A program made the position numbers and the translations under genes. DNA of 46,667 nucleotides from Escherichia phage C1, in the sequence record NC_054651.1; one strand, written 5' to 3'. This document shows, in pieces, positions 1 to 13,291 of this stretch (the first letter of the stretch is position 1; the number at the start of each line of letters is the position of its first letter). The notes below the pieces were generated by a model that worked only from the letters and a program-made list of their open reading frames with translations, was not told the DNA's origin and did not search any database.

Positions 1-181
1 TGTCATTCCACAGATGGGCGGCGTTATGCAGATGCTTGGTGGTAAACGTGATGACTCCGGTCAGCAACAAACACGCCAGCAATCAGGTCAACAACCGCAA
101 CAACAGCAGCCACCAAAACAACAAAGCCCACAAGGATGCAATGAGCCTCCGATGGACTTTGATGATTCAATACCCTTCTAA
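1..181 (+). CDS. ssb: single-stranded DNA-binding protein, C-terminal part (5' part is at 46366..46667; gene spans the window junction)
   Basis: No start codon in window; frame 2 translates to a Q/P-rich linker ending NEPPMDFDDSIPF*, the conserved acidic SSB tail; in frame with the ORF at window end. Confidence 0.85.
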   Translation, partial: VIPQMGGVMQMLGGKRDDSGQQQTRQQSGQQPQQQQPPKQQSPQGCNEPPMDFDDSIPF

Positions 182-194
182 ATGGTGATTTAGT

Positions 195-223
195 TTGACG
201 CGATACCCCTTTCTGAATATAAT
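195..223 (+). promoter_or_regulatory. sigma70-type promoter (TTGACG-17 bp-TATAAT) upstream of HNH endonuclease gene
   Basis: Consensus-like -35 and -10 hexamers with 17 bp spacer about 25 nt upstream of ATG at 250. Confidence 0.55.
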
Positions 224-249
224 TCACAAAAGCAGAAAGGGGTTAATAT

Positions 250-843
250 ATGAAATTATGTAAAAGATGCGGAATTGAAAAGGACGAAGGTTCTTTCTAT
301 AAAGGCGCAGGTATGAAGTGCAAGGATTGCACAAAGAGTGATGTTAGAGAAAATCTAAAGAATGTTGGTGATGCTTATGATAAAACAGAAAAAGGTGTAA
401 TCAGGGTTATATACAAGACGCAGAAAAGACACAATAAACTCAGAGGACATGGTGAAATTCCTTACTCAAAAGCCGAATTGTCATCATGGCTATACACCAA
501 TGGATTCAAGAGGCTTTATGATGAGTGGGTTTCCTCTGGTTATCTTAGTGACTTAAAGCCAAGCGTTGACAGGATTAATGATTTTATTGGTTATAGTTTT
601 GACAACATAAGGCTTGGAACATGGAGGATGAATAGAAATCATCAAAAGCAAGATATATTGTCTGGAGTAAACAAGAGTGGAAGAAGATGCAAGAGAGTCA
701 TAAAACTTGATTCAGATTACAATCTTATTTGTGAATATCCATCATATAATTCAGCGGCGCGCGACTGTGGTTATTCAATTGAGTATCAAATAAAAAATGG
801 CGTTAAATGCAGGAATGGATTTTTTTGGGCTTATAAATCTTAG
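250..843 (+). CDS. HNH homing endonuclease (HNH_3-like)
   Basis: 197 aa ORF; N-terminal Cys cluster (CKRCG...CKDC) and C-terminal block KPSVDRINDFIGYSFDNIRL typical of HNH_3 domain; free-standing between ssb and a terminator. Confidence 0.6.
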   Translation: MKLCKRCGIEKDEGSFYKGAGMKCKDCTKSDVRENLKNVGDAYDKTEKGVIRVIYKTQKRHNKLRGHGEIPYSKAELSSWLYTNGFKRLYDEWVSSGYLSDLKPSVDRINDFIGYSFDNIRLGTWRMNRNHQKQDILSGVNKSGRRCKRVIKLDSDYNLICEYPSYNSAARDCGYSIEYQIKNGVKCRNGFFWAYKS

Positions 844-872
844 TGCATATCTCACTTTCTGATGATAATAAT

Positions 873-897
873 AACCCCGCCGAAGCGGGGTTTATTA
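873..897 (+). terminator. rho-independent terminator
   Basis: GC hairpin CCCCGC-cgaa-GCGGGG followed by TTTATT, directly after stop of 250..843. Confidence 0.7.
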
Positions 898-1155
898 ATA
901 GCAATCAGACATCAGCTCCAGCCGCGTTTTTCCATGTGCTGCTAACCAACGGCCACTTTTAATGGTAATGCCTCCAGCGCACCCCTACGGGGGCACGCGA
1001 GGCTGATTGAGTGGAGGGATGCCCTCGCTTGAGTACATCACTTTTCAGTCTACACAGAAGCACGAACAATACTTGTGTATTGACCAGCACACGAAACTCA
1101 CTCTACTAGCCACTTCAGACCAGATAATTATTGTTTTATTGGCGGGGGATTTCAT

Positions 1156-3186
1156 TTAGTTTTGGAGTTCAACCGTTGATTTATGTACAATACCCCGGGT
1201 CGCATCCCCACCTTGTAAGATGAACTTCATAAGTGTGGCGGATGGAACCTCTAATAATCCAAGTCCCTGTGAAAGACCTCCGCCACCAACTGCATAAGCT
1301 TCACATTTATGTAAGTTAAACCCAGTAGGCGCAGCAACCCATACCACTCCATTAGCATCAAGGGCTGATACTGTCCATGTGCTTTGTTCGTAAAATCCAT
1401 TACCTACGTAGTACCATCCAGGACCAGGCTTAAGGGCATCAGCCAGGCCATTGTTACGACAGTAGTCAATAACTCTTTTGTTTGCGCGGCTTACTTTAAG
1501 ATAGTTAGTACATGCTACATTCCCACCGTTGAAAAACAATCTATTGCCTGACAATGCTGAATACAGATATTTATCTACAGACTCAAGATTGTTAAATGAA
1601 TTGGCAGATGCTGACATATTCATGCCATTTACAGTAATGTCATTACCTGTATTATTGAATGAAAAAATTGCTCTTGTTGCTGCTGGTATTGTAACTTCAG
1701 TTTGAGAATATTTGTTGGCAATTGTGTATCTTGCTGTATGTGCCCCGCTTGAGTTCATGTATGTAATGCTATAAACAAATCCAAAATTTGCAGTTATGTT
1801 TTTGTTGTTTTGGTCAGCAAGGAACAGTAACCCATTATAGAATTCAACCCCTAGTTCAAATGTGAGGTACTCACAATTGCTTCCCAGCTGTACTGCAATT
1901 GGTGTTTCGTTTGCACTATCCCAGATAGCTCCCTCGGTTGAGTTAAGAACTTCTACATAACCACGGAAAAAACCATACTGACATTTGTCAAGATAAATTG
2001 GGAATGGACATCCTCCTATCTCAACTCGCAGATCAAATGAAGTAGTTGGACCTGTAACGCCAACAGGAACTGTGTGTTCTGGTGTTGGTGATACAGGGTC
2101 AAAATAGATCCCTTTATGACAACTCAAAACACGTATAGTACCGACCATCCCCCAACATCCGTACCCATATACACCGAACTCTCCGCCCCACACGCTTACA
2201 TCGACTTTTGCTTTGATCGCATCATTCATATGAAGGCAAATTGACAGGTCACCTTTAACAGCAGACATCCATGCAACATTTGACCACTCAAGAGAAAAAC
2301 CCTGGAATACAACACCATTTACAAACCCATTTGTTGATGCTGTATCAGATGCTTTTTTTACTTTCACAATGCAGATATCGCCAATATTTGTTGATGATGT
2401 TACTGATGGTTTATCTTTAATTATCATTGTCCCATGAAAATGATCAGACTGCGGGCCTGCAATAAAGCAACTATTAATATCCAGCATCAATGTGTCGAGA
2501 GATGAGAATCTGTATTTCTTCAACGTTGGGCATCTTACTGAGCACTTTAAACTACGTGCTACTGTGTCTGCTTTTTGCATTGCGGCCCAGTCAATTGACT
2601 GAGATAAACTTGTTGCAAGCGGATACACCAATTGCGCATCAGTTAGAGTGGTGTATTTTTCTGATAATAGATGAAGAGTTCCATCTCCTATTGCTCCAAA
2701 CTGCTCTGGTGTTACATAATATAATGCCTGAGATAAATTACCAGATTGCTGAACGCCTACTCTAGTTGGGTCTACTAATGGTTCTCCGGGTGAATTTAAT
2801 TCACCCCTTAAAACTGCATCACCGACACTAACCCATGCTCCTAATTTAACACCGCCAGTACTATCTGGAGTTGAACCAGCAGGCACTATTTTAGGTAATT
2901 CACCATCCCATCGGTAATATTCTCCAGTAGCTTCATAACGCAGAGTCTGATTGGGAAGCGTCAGTGCCGCACCATCTTCGAAGCTATCCATTGTGATGTA
3001 GCCATAATTACGGATAGCCTCTTCTGCTGTGTACTGAAATCCAGCAATTGTCCAGCGGCGTACGCCGAAGCGATCAGTATAGTAATGCGCATCAGATGTC
3101 ACTACCTCATCAATCTTCCCGGCGTTAAACTTGAGGTCGCGCGGGTCTTCTGACGGAATTGGTTTATTAGTTGGTGTGGTAGCCAT
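1156..3186 (-). CDS. tailspike / tail fiber with pectate-lyase-like beta-helix domain (putative depolymerase)
   Basis: 676 aa, last gene of tail module; motif YYVTPEQFGAIGDG resembles the N-terminal signature of pectate-lyase superfamily tailspikes. Confidence 0.65.
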   Translation of the reverse strand: MATTPTNKPIPSEDPRDLKFNAGKIDEVVTSDAHYYTDRFGVRRWTIAGFQYTAEEAIRNYGYITMDSFEDGAALTLPNQTLRYEATGEYYRWDGELPKIVPAGSTPDSTGGVKLGAWVSVGDAVLRGELNSPGEPLVDPTRVGVQQSGNLSQALYYVTPEQFGAIGDGTLHLLSEKYTTLTDAQLVYPLATSLSQSIDWAAMQKADTVARSLKCSVRCPTLKKYRFSSLDTLMLDINSCFIAGPQSDHFHGTMIIKDKPSVTSSTNIGDICIVKVKKASDTASTNGFVNGVVFQGFSLEWSNVAWMSAVKGDLSICLHMNDAIKAKVDVSVWGGEFGVYGYGCWGMVGTIRVLSCHKGIYFDPVSPTPEHTVPVGVTGPTTSFDLRVEIGGCPFPIYLDKCQYGFFRGYVEVLNSTEGAIWDSANETPIAVQLGSNCEYLTFELGVEFYNGLLFLADQNNKNITANFGFVYSITYMNSSGAHTARYTIANKYSQTEVTIPAATRAIFSFNNTGNDITVNGMNMSASANSFNNLESVDKYLYSALSGNRLFFNGGNVACTNYLKVSRANKRVIDYCRNNGLADALKPGPGWYYVGNGFYEQSTWTVSALDANGVVWVAAPTGFNLHKCEAYAVGGGGLSQGLGLLEVPSATLMKFILQGGDATRGIVHKSTVELQN

Positions 3187-3225
3187 TATAATAAATGCTC
3201 CTTTGTGAATTTGATGTATATTGTA

Positions 3226-7026
<3,801 letters not shown>

Positions 7027-7027
<1 letters not shown>

Positions 7028-9939
7028 TATTCTGTTGCTCTCCTGTTGGTATTGTAATTTCTAGAAATGGCCTGCCCTATCGGGCCATTTTCCGAAATGT
7101 CACTAACAATAGTCTCAATTGTCACGCTGCCGTCACCATTATCTCTTGCGGTTGATGAGGTTGTTGCCCCGCTGCTGGTATTGATGACGTTATTATAAAT
7201 AACGATACCACTACCACCTCCAGTCAGGTCTTTGTTGCTGATAACGCGACCACTATCCCCCGGGATCATGTACTGATGACCGTTTGATGCCTGGAATATC
7301 TCAGGGAGGTTATTCTCGCCCACCCTGTACATCGAGCCTTCCTGCGCTGGTCCGCCGTTTTTCAGCGCGCCAGCAATGGATAGTGTTTTTGCAAGACCAA
7401 CTGTTGCTGACATCCCGGCCATTGCTGGTGCTGAGTTTGCCCCAGCCGTTGCCAGTGAGGTCATGGCTGCTGCTGGAGCCATTGCTGCTGATATTGCCGC
7501 TGCCTGAGCTATTGTCGCTGCAGAAGCCGCGCTCATTCCTGCAGCACCCATGATAGCTGATTTGGCCCAGTCTATACCCATTTGCACAAACGCATTGATA
7601 ACACTGGACAGGATGTTTGAGCCAATTGATCGCAGAGCATCTGATACAGACATTGAGCCAGTAAGGATGCCAGTAAGCGCATTTCCAGCGGTCTGCCCGA
7701 AAGCATCAAACGCCGCCGCAGCCGCTTGCGTTGCTGCGCTTTGCTGACTCCACTCCTGCCACATTGCTTCAAGTCGCTGTTGGCGGTATTGCGCTTCAAT
7801 TGCTGCGCGAGTCTGCTCAATCTCCGTGATTTTTTGTGGATATGCTGCGGCGTATGCTTCAAGGTCAGCCATATCCTTCTGATAGGATGTTTCTACAGCA
7901 AACATTGGTGAGGTTTGTGATTTTAGTGCGCTGTATCCTTTTACGGCATCTATTCTTTTCTTTTCCGCCGCAACCTGTTCCTTCAGTGCATTCTTCTGGT
8001 CCCAAATCTTCGCCGCGTACTCACCAGCCAGTTTTATTTGTTCCTGAGTTGCCGCCTTGCCAAGAGATTGCTGAGCGTTGAGAATGGCTTGCTCGCGTGA
8101 TAGTTCTTTTGTGGATTCTGCCTGACCAGCAAGTAGAGCCTCCTGCCGCAGTTTATTTAATTTCTGCTGGATGGTTTCCTGTTGATTTAGTTCAGTCTTA
8201 AGCTGGTTATTTGCATTGCGCTCATCCCTTGCCGCTTGTGCATTTTTCTCCTGCTGACGATATGTCTCAAGTCTGACATTGTAATATTCACGAAACGCAG
8301 CGGTATTCTGCTTTAATCCCTGAGCTTCAGCATCACGCCACGCCTGAGCTTTTAGCTTTTCATCGCCAGTTTGTTTCTCAATAAATAATGTCTGGCGAGC
8401 GGTTTGTAGCGCCTTATCCTGACTTGATGTTAAGGAGTCTGTCATCTCCTTGAGAGCTTTCAGGCGCATTGTTGCGTCAGTTGTTGTGGTAGCAATTTCC
8501 AGCAAGCGAGCTGCATATTCTCTTGCCTTTTGCGCGCCAGATGACTGTCCCTCGCCTACCTTTTGCAGAGTAACGATTAACTCATTAAGTTTTTCATTGC
8601 TCGGATTTTTGGCGATTTCAGAGAGTTGCTTGGCAAATTCAAAAGCCTGCTGGTCGGTCAAATCAAAGCGACTTGCCAGAGCGCCTACTGTGGCAATCAT
8701 GTTATTCATCGTGGATTGCCCGGCAAGTCCGGCTGATGCTGCCTGCTTCATCGCTTCACCGAAATCATTGGTGGTGATATTCAGCATGGACAGGTAATCA
8801 TTAAACGATTTAACGCTGACATTAGCTCCTGACAATGAAGCAAAAAGACGATCGCCAAAGGTTACGAACTCACTGGATGCTTTTGATACTTCCTTAGATA
8901 CCTTTGAGAGCGCCGCTGAAAGTTCAAGTTGCGCTTGCTGGCGCATCAGTGTTGCAACGGTTGTGTTTGCCCTTGCTAATGCCGCAAACTTATCTGAGTA
9001 TGCTGCCACGCCATTGCTTGAAACGCTGATAACCTGATCCATTGCAGAAATGGCATCTTTCATGGCATCAATGGCATTTTTGCCGTTACTCAGCGAGGCC
9101 ATCAGTGAACCAGCAATAACTGTCGCAATTGTCAATACTGCGCCAGCTACCGGACTGAATACAGATGCAAGTTGTGAACCTTGCTGACTGAATGCAACAA
9201 GCGCAGACTGACCACTTTGAACCTGAACAATAAAGTCCTGAACCTGATAGCCACCCTGTTGCAGCGCGTTCCTGAAACCGTTTGTGGATTTGCCAGCCGA
9301 CTCTGTACCGTTTTTCATGTCGTACAGGCGACCAGTCAGCTCAGCAATCTTGGCCTTTTGTGCGTCAGTTGCGCCATCTCCAGCTCTGAGTTGTGCTGCA
9401 AGAATGGCTGCGCTTCGTGCGCCGTTTTCCATTTGCTCTTCAAGAATTGCAACCTGATTTCCGAGACTTTCAATTAATCTTTCTGTGCCAGATATGCTTG
9501 CGCCAGCGCCGCCAGTAGATGTACCAAGCTCACGAATAGCAGTCGTAACAGCATTAATTGAGGTTTCCAGTCTGCCAGTAGAAACAGCGGCTTGTTGCTG
9601 TTGCTGCTGCATCATGGCGAGTTGCTGATTTAGAGCGTCGATAACCTGATTCGCTGACTCAGCAGACTGCGATGTCGATTTGACAGCACTTGCCGCGCCA
9701 TCACTGGAGGCCGCCATCTTGCTAAGTGTGGCATCAATGCTTTTAACCACGGAGACAAGGGAAGAGAATGCCTTTCCGGTTGAATCAGCCTGACCATCAA
9801 GTTTATTTAAATTCTTCGTGGAGCCACTTACAGCTGAGTCAAATTTTGATAACTCTGATTCCGCTGAGCTTGCTCCTGCTTTAAGCCCGGATACATCCAT
9901 CCCGACTTCATAGACAATTCCGCCGACTTCTTCAGCCAT
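7027..9939 (-). CDS. tail tape measure protein
   Basis: 970 aa, Ala/Gln/Ser-rich with long predicted coiled-coil stretches and poly-Q run, hydrophobic C-terminal region; located between chaperone-like gene and minor tail genes. Confidence 0.85.
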
Positions 9940-10655
9940 TATGTATTCCTCGCTTTTTTCGCTTTGCGTTCAGTCAGTGCCTTCATGCGCTCGCGGTCTG
10001 CTTTAGCCTGATCGTACTCTGCTGCGCGTTCTTCTTTCGTTAACCCTTTCGGTTCTGGATATTTATTCTTAATCATCATCTGAAACTCTGTCATGGACAG
10101 GTTTTCTGCCTCATCACGCGTCATGTCGAAGTGCGTGCGTGCTGAGATGATGTATTGCGACGCATGAAACTCGTTTGTTGTTTTCTTGCCCTGCTCTTCC
10201 AGACGTTCAGGAACCTTGAGCGGCGACTTGCCAATGATGCCATGCTGCATCAGATTGCGTGCAATAATAATAATATCACTCACTGGCATGATGCCTGGAA
10301 CATACCGCACGCCGCGCGGTGTTAGTTTCCATCCACCAATCAGCACAGAAATATCATCTTCACAGCATGACTGCATGACGATATAGGCCGCGCTCAGCAC
10401 ATGGCGACCATACACGGGCTTACTGATGGTCTTCATGACCTGCATCTGCGCGCCAAATGGCAGGTATTCTACGTGCTGTAATGGAGCAATATAATCAATG
10501 CCATTGAGTCTTGCGTACACCTCGACGATTTCTTTTGGTGTGCCGATTTCATTCATGGCGCGGAATGATGGCTTGAAGAAAAAACTCCTGTCGGAAAGCG
10601 AGATGCGCATCTCTCCGATTTCTGTTAGTGGCGTGCGATTGCTCATGTTTTGCAT
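9939..10655 (-). CDS. putative tail assembly chaperone
   Basis: 238 aa ORF whose stop overlaps TMP start; position only. Confidence 0.4.
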   Translation of the reverse strand: MQNMSNRTPLTEIGEMRISLSDRSFFFKPSFRAMNEIGTPKEIVEVYARLNGIDYIAPLQHVEYLPFGAQMQVMKTISKPVYGRHVLSAAYIVMQSCCEDDISVLIGGWKLTPRGVRYVPGIMPVSDIIIIARNLMQHGIIGKSPLKVPERLEEQGKKTTNEFHASQYIISARTHFDMTRDEAENLSMTEFQMMIKNKYPEPKGLTKEERAAEYDQAKADRERMKALTERKAKKARNT

Positions 10656-10667
10656 CCTGAATTTGAC

Positions 10668-10725
10668 TGATGTTGATTATATCATCTCAGTGGTGTTGAC
10701 ACCTGTGAGGTGGTGATGTAGATTC
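10668..10725. promoter_or_regulatory. divergent promoter module A: minus-strand extended -10 (TGATATAAT) and plus-strand TTGACA-17-TAGATT
   Basis: Plus strand GATTATATCA...GGTGTTGACA-N17-TAGATT; the reverse complement of the first part is TGATATAAT; near-copy of the module at 12774..12821. Confidence 0.5.
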
Positions 10726-10763
10726 AAGTCATCGAAACGAGTGATGAATAAATGAGGTGAGTT

Positions 10764-11057
10764 ATGAAAATTAAAATGTTGATTGCATCAGCGCTATTGG
10801 CTTCTTCCTTTGCTGTCAGTGCGACATCTGAGGTTTGCAAAAACATTGGAGAAATCGCCATGAACACTGCTGATGTTCGCGATAACGGTATCAGCAAGAA
10901 TCTTGCCGAGGTGGTAGTTAAAGGTTCCGCAAAAAACAACGAATCAGCAGAAATAATCGGCCTTGCTATCGTAGAAATGGTTTATGCACGCAAGGATATG
11001 ACCAAAGAGCAGTTGCGTGATGTGGCTATTGCTTTGTGCGAAAAGAATGGAATGTAA
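10764..11057 (+). CDS. secreted small protein (signal peptide), unknown function
   Basis: 97 aa; N-terminus MKIKMLIASALLASSFAVSA is a typical Sec signal peptide; first gene of plus-strand moron cassette. Confidence 0.5.
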   Translation: MKIKMLIASALLASSFAVSATSEVCKNIGEIAMNTADVRDNGISKNLAEVVVKGSAKNNESAEIIGLAIVEMVYARKDMTKEQLRDVAIALCEKNGM

Positions 11058-11089
11058 TATCAGCAAGTTGCTAAAAATTGAGGTGAGTT

Positions 11090-11284
11090 ATGGACGTTGT
11101 TATTTTGCTGTTTTTTGTTGGTTTGGTGATATTTGCGTACCTTCTGCCATCTTTTGTGGCGCTGCAGCGCAAGCACGTAAACACGACTGCAATCTGCGTA
11201 CTGAATATTCTTATTGGATGGAGTTTTATTGGATGGGTAGCAGCGCTTGTTTGGGCATTAGTTAAGAGCGACGATAAAAAATGA
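11090..11284 (+). CDS. superinfection immunity (Imm-like) small membrane protein
   Basis: 64 aa, two hydrophobic helices; block YLLPSFVALQRKHVNTTAICVLNILIGWSFIGWVAALVWAL matches the remembered pattern of the superinfection-immunity family (LPS.IA..R.H.N...N...GW..IGW..AL.WA). Confidence 0.55.
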   Translation: MDVVILLFFVGLVIFAYLLPSFVALQRKHVNTTAICVLNILIGWSFIGWVAALVWALVKSDDKK

Positions 11285-11424
11285 ACGAACAAACAAAAGC
11301 TGACCTGATTTTCTACACTGATCTGTATGTTGATGCAGGTTACGACTACGAAGAAGCGGAGCGAATGGCGAAAGATTTGCTTCGTGTGATTGGTGTGATT
11401 TTTGATGAGGATAAGGTGATATGA
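11281..11424 (+). CDS. hypothetical small protein
   Basis: 47 aa ORF (below track threshold) with ATG overlapping preceding stop; translationally coupled position. Confidence 0.3.
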   Translation: MNEQTKADLIFYTDLYVDAGYDYEEAERMAKDLLRVIGVIFDEDKVI

Positions 11425-11795
11425 AAAATTATGAAGATATGAGTGATTTTGAGATTAACTCAGCAGTGCATAATGCTCTAATGCAGGAGCCGTACAAAAT
11501 TGAATTTCTTGGCAATGACAGAATAAGATGGGTGAGAGGTTCAACTGACGTAACGACAGGAAAAGTAGGGTATGGCAAGCGCTCTCTTAAAGACTATTGC
11601 AATAATCCAGCTGATGCTGAACCTATTATTATTGAAAACAGAATTGGCACCATTCCAGCACCAGATAATGGATTGTGGAAAGCTGCGCATAGAAAGGTTG
11701 GCAATGATGATACGCCATACCATTTTACTCAAGATAAAAACCCGCTCCGCGCCGCTATGATTGTTTTCCTGAAAATGAATGAGGATAAATTATGA
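11421..11795 (+). CDS. hypothetical protein (NinX/DUF2591-like N-terminus)
   Basis: 124 aa; N-terminal MSDFEINSAVHNALMQ resembles DUF2591; start overlaps upstream stop. Confidence 0.45.
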   Translation: MKNYEDMSDFEINSAVHNALMQEPYKIEFLGNDRIRWVRGSTDVTTGKVGYGKRSLKDYCNNPADAEPIIIENRIGTIPAPDNGLWKAAHRKVGNDDTPYHFTQDKNPLRAAMIVFLKMNEDKL

Positions 11796-11992
11796 TACAG
11801 TGGATTAAGTGTGGTGAGCGGATGCCTGAAGAAGGCCAAATGGTTCTCACGTCGTTTCGTGGCGTCGTTAGAACTGCGGCATGTAAAGTTGTCGACAACA
11901 TTGGCAGTAAGATTTTTGTTAGTGAATTAGACCGCTGTCACGGCATTCCAGCTACCCATTGGGTCAATCCACCGCAGCCGCCACAAGAATAA
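11792..11992 (+). CDS. hypothetical protein (DUF551-like)
   Basis: 66 aa; N-terminal WIKCGERMPEEGQMVL resembles the DUF551 signature. Confidence 0.4.
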   Translation: MIQWIKCGERMPEEGQMVLTSFRGVVRTAACKVVDNIGSKIFVSELDRCHGIPATHWVNPPQPPQE

Positions 11993-11994
11993 AA

Positions 11995-12022
11995 CAAAGC
12001 CCCTTTCGGGGCTTTTTTGTTT
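11995..12022. terminator. bidirectional rho-independent terminator
   Basis: AAAGCCCC-tttc-GGGGCTTT hairpin flanked by A-run and T-run; lies between convergent gene ends 11992 (+) and 12024 (-). Confidence 0.7.
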
Positions 12023-12023
12023 A

Positions 12024-12740
12024 TCAGGACACAGTGCAAGCCGTGCTGATGATAATTTCAGGGTCAGTGGACGAGTCAGTCACCGTGACGGTATATACAC
12101 CAGCGGTTGGGCTTGCCAGTGATGCGCCGGACTCACTGCCGACAACCACACCATCTTTGCGCCACACGTAGGTGTAAGGAGAGACGCCACCTTCAACAGC
12201 AACGGTTAACGGGCTGCCAGCCGTTCCAGTTGATTGCAGGTCGGTAGTGAATGCCAGAGGTTCAAGGCTTTCTACGGTAACGCTGTCAGAATCGTAAACC
12301 TTAAACTCAAGGCTGCCAGTAACGATGTCGTTTGTGCCACCTTCGTAGCTGATGCTGGTAATGTTGCAGTACGCGGTCACGATAGTCGCACCGGTCACCT
12401 CGCGCACCCACAAGGAAGGCTGGCGACGCGCTTTCAGTTCAGTGGTGTAAATCTCAACCAGACGATGGAAACCAAACTCATCGCTCGGGTCATTTTTGCG
12501 TATCTCAACCTCTGCGCTGATGGTCATATCAGAGCTGGTAACGAGAGTGGAAACAAAACCGCCAGTGGTGTCAGCTTCAGACGTGGTAGTCTGCGGCGAG
12601 TAGTCCACGCCTTTACTGGTGGTTGAGCCTAAATATTTCCAGTCTTCTGCTGCCGGAACTGCGTCACCGCATCCCTCAGCAAGGAACAGTCGAGTCATGC
12701 GACCGACCAGAACGCCTTTATCATTTGCACAAATAGCCAT
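12024..12740 (-). CDS. major tail protein (lambda V-like, C-terminal Ig-like domain)
   Basis: 238 aa; C-terminal 80 aa has Big_2-like Ig pattern (TVAVEGGVSPYTYVWRKDG...GVYTVTVTD); strong SD (GGAGA) before ATG. Confidence 0.65.
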   Translation of the reverse strand: MAICANDKGVLVGRMTRLFLAEGCGDAVPAAEDWKYLGSTTSKGVDYSPQTTTSEADTTGGFVSTLVTSSDMTISAEVEIRKNDPSDEFGFHRLVEIYTTELKARRQPSLWVREVTGATIVTAYCNITSISYEGGTNDIVTGSLEFKVYDSDSVTVESLEPLAFTTDLQSTGTAGSPLTVAVEGGVSPYTYVWRKDGVVVGSESGASLASPTAGVYTVTVTDSSTDPEIIISTACTVS

Positions 12741-12773
12741 TTCGATCTCCGAATTGTGTTAGCTGCTAACGTG

Positions 12774-12821
12774 GTGATTATATCACAGGTGTTGACAGTG
12801 ATTATTTTGTGGTGTAGATTG
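12774..12821. promoter_or_regulatory. divergent promoter module B: minus-strand extended -10 (TGTGATATAAT) for major tail gene and plus-strand TTGACA-17-TAGATT
   Basis: Plus strand TGATTATATCACAGGTGTTGACA-N17-TAGATT; near-copy of module A. Confidence 0.5.
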
Positions 12822-13262
12822 TATTTCAGATAGTTTTCGTGAGCGACTTTGCGGACTTTTTAGAAACTGACCACAAAGATAAATGCAAACGATGATGTTG
12901 TTCTGATGGCGGCGTAATAGCCTGTAAGTCAGCAAGGTCTTCCGATTCCTTGTAAACAAATTCGGCGCAGTGGCCCGCTGTGATTAATAATGGGCACACA
13001 ACAGGTAAGAGCATTGAGTCGATAATCGTGAAGAGTAGGCGCGCTTGGTTAGCCAGTGATCTTTCCGTTGTGGTAATGCCATCTTGATTATTTGGATAGG
13101 TTTGCATCCATTGTTATGCCAGTTTCAGTTAATCGCGAAACGCCACAACACTTAACATTCAGCATTAATTGAAAACAATTTTCCGTAATTATGTATAGGG
13201 GTATGCAGGGATTACGGAGCTGGATGTTAAGAAAGCACGCTGGCAATGCTTAAACCAGTAAT

Positions 13263-13291
13263 AAAGCCGCTTCATGCGGCTTTATTTATTT
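13263..13291. terminator. rho-independent terminator
   Basis: AAAGCCGC-ttcat-GCGGCTTT hairpin followed by TTTATTTATTT on plus strand; also immediately 3' of minus-strand gene 13286..13660. Confidence 0.6.

Noticed and set aside
900-1155. Structured RNA or tRNA in the intergenic region after the HNH gene
   Set aside because: GC-rich short hairpins are present but no tRNA-like T-arm or anticodon-arm pattern was recognised; could simply be terminator or spacer sequence
7284-9477. Several plus-strand ORFs of 60-115 aa inside the tape measure gene
   Set aside because: Antisense to a long, well-supported gene; no SD sequences; likely artefacts of the repetitive Ala/Gln-rich codon composition
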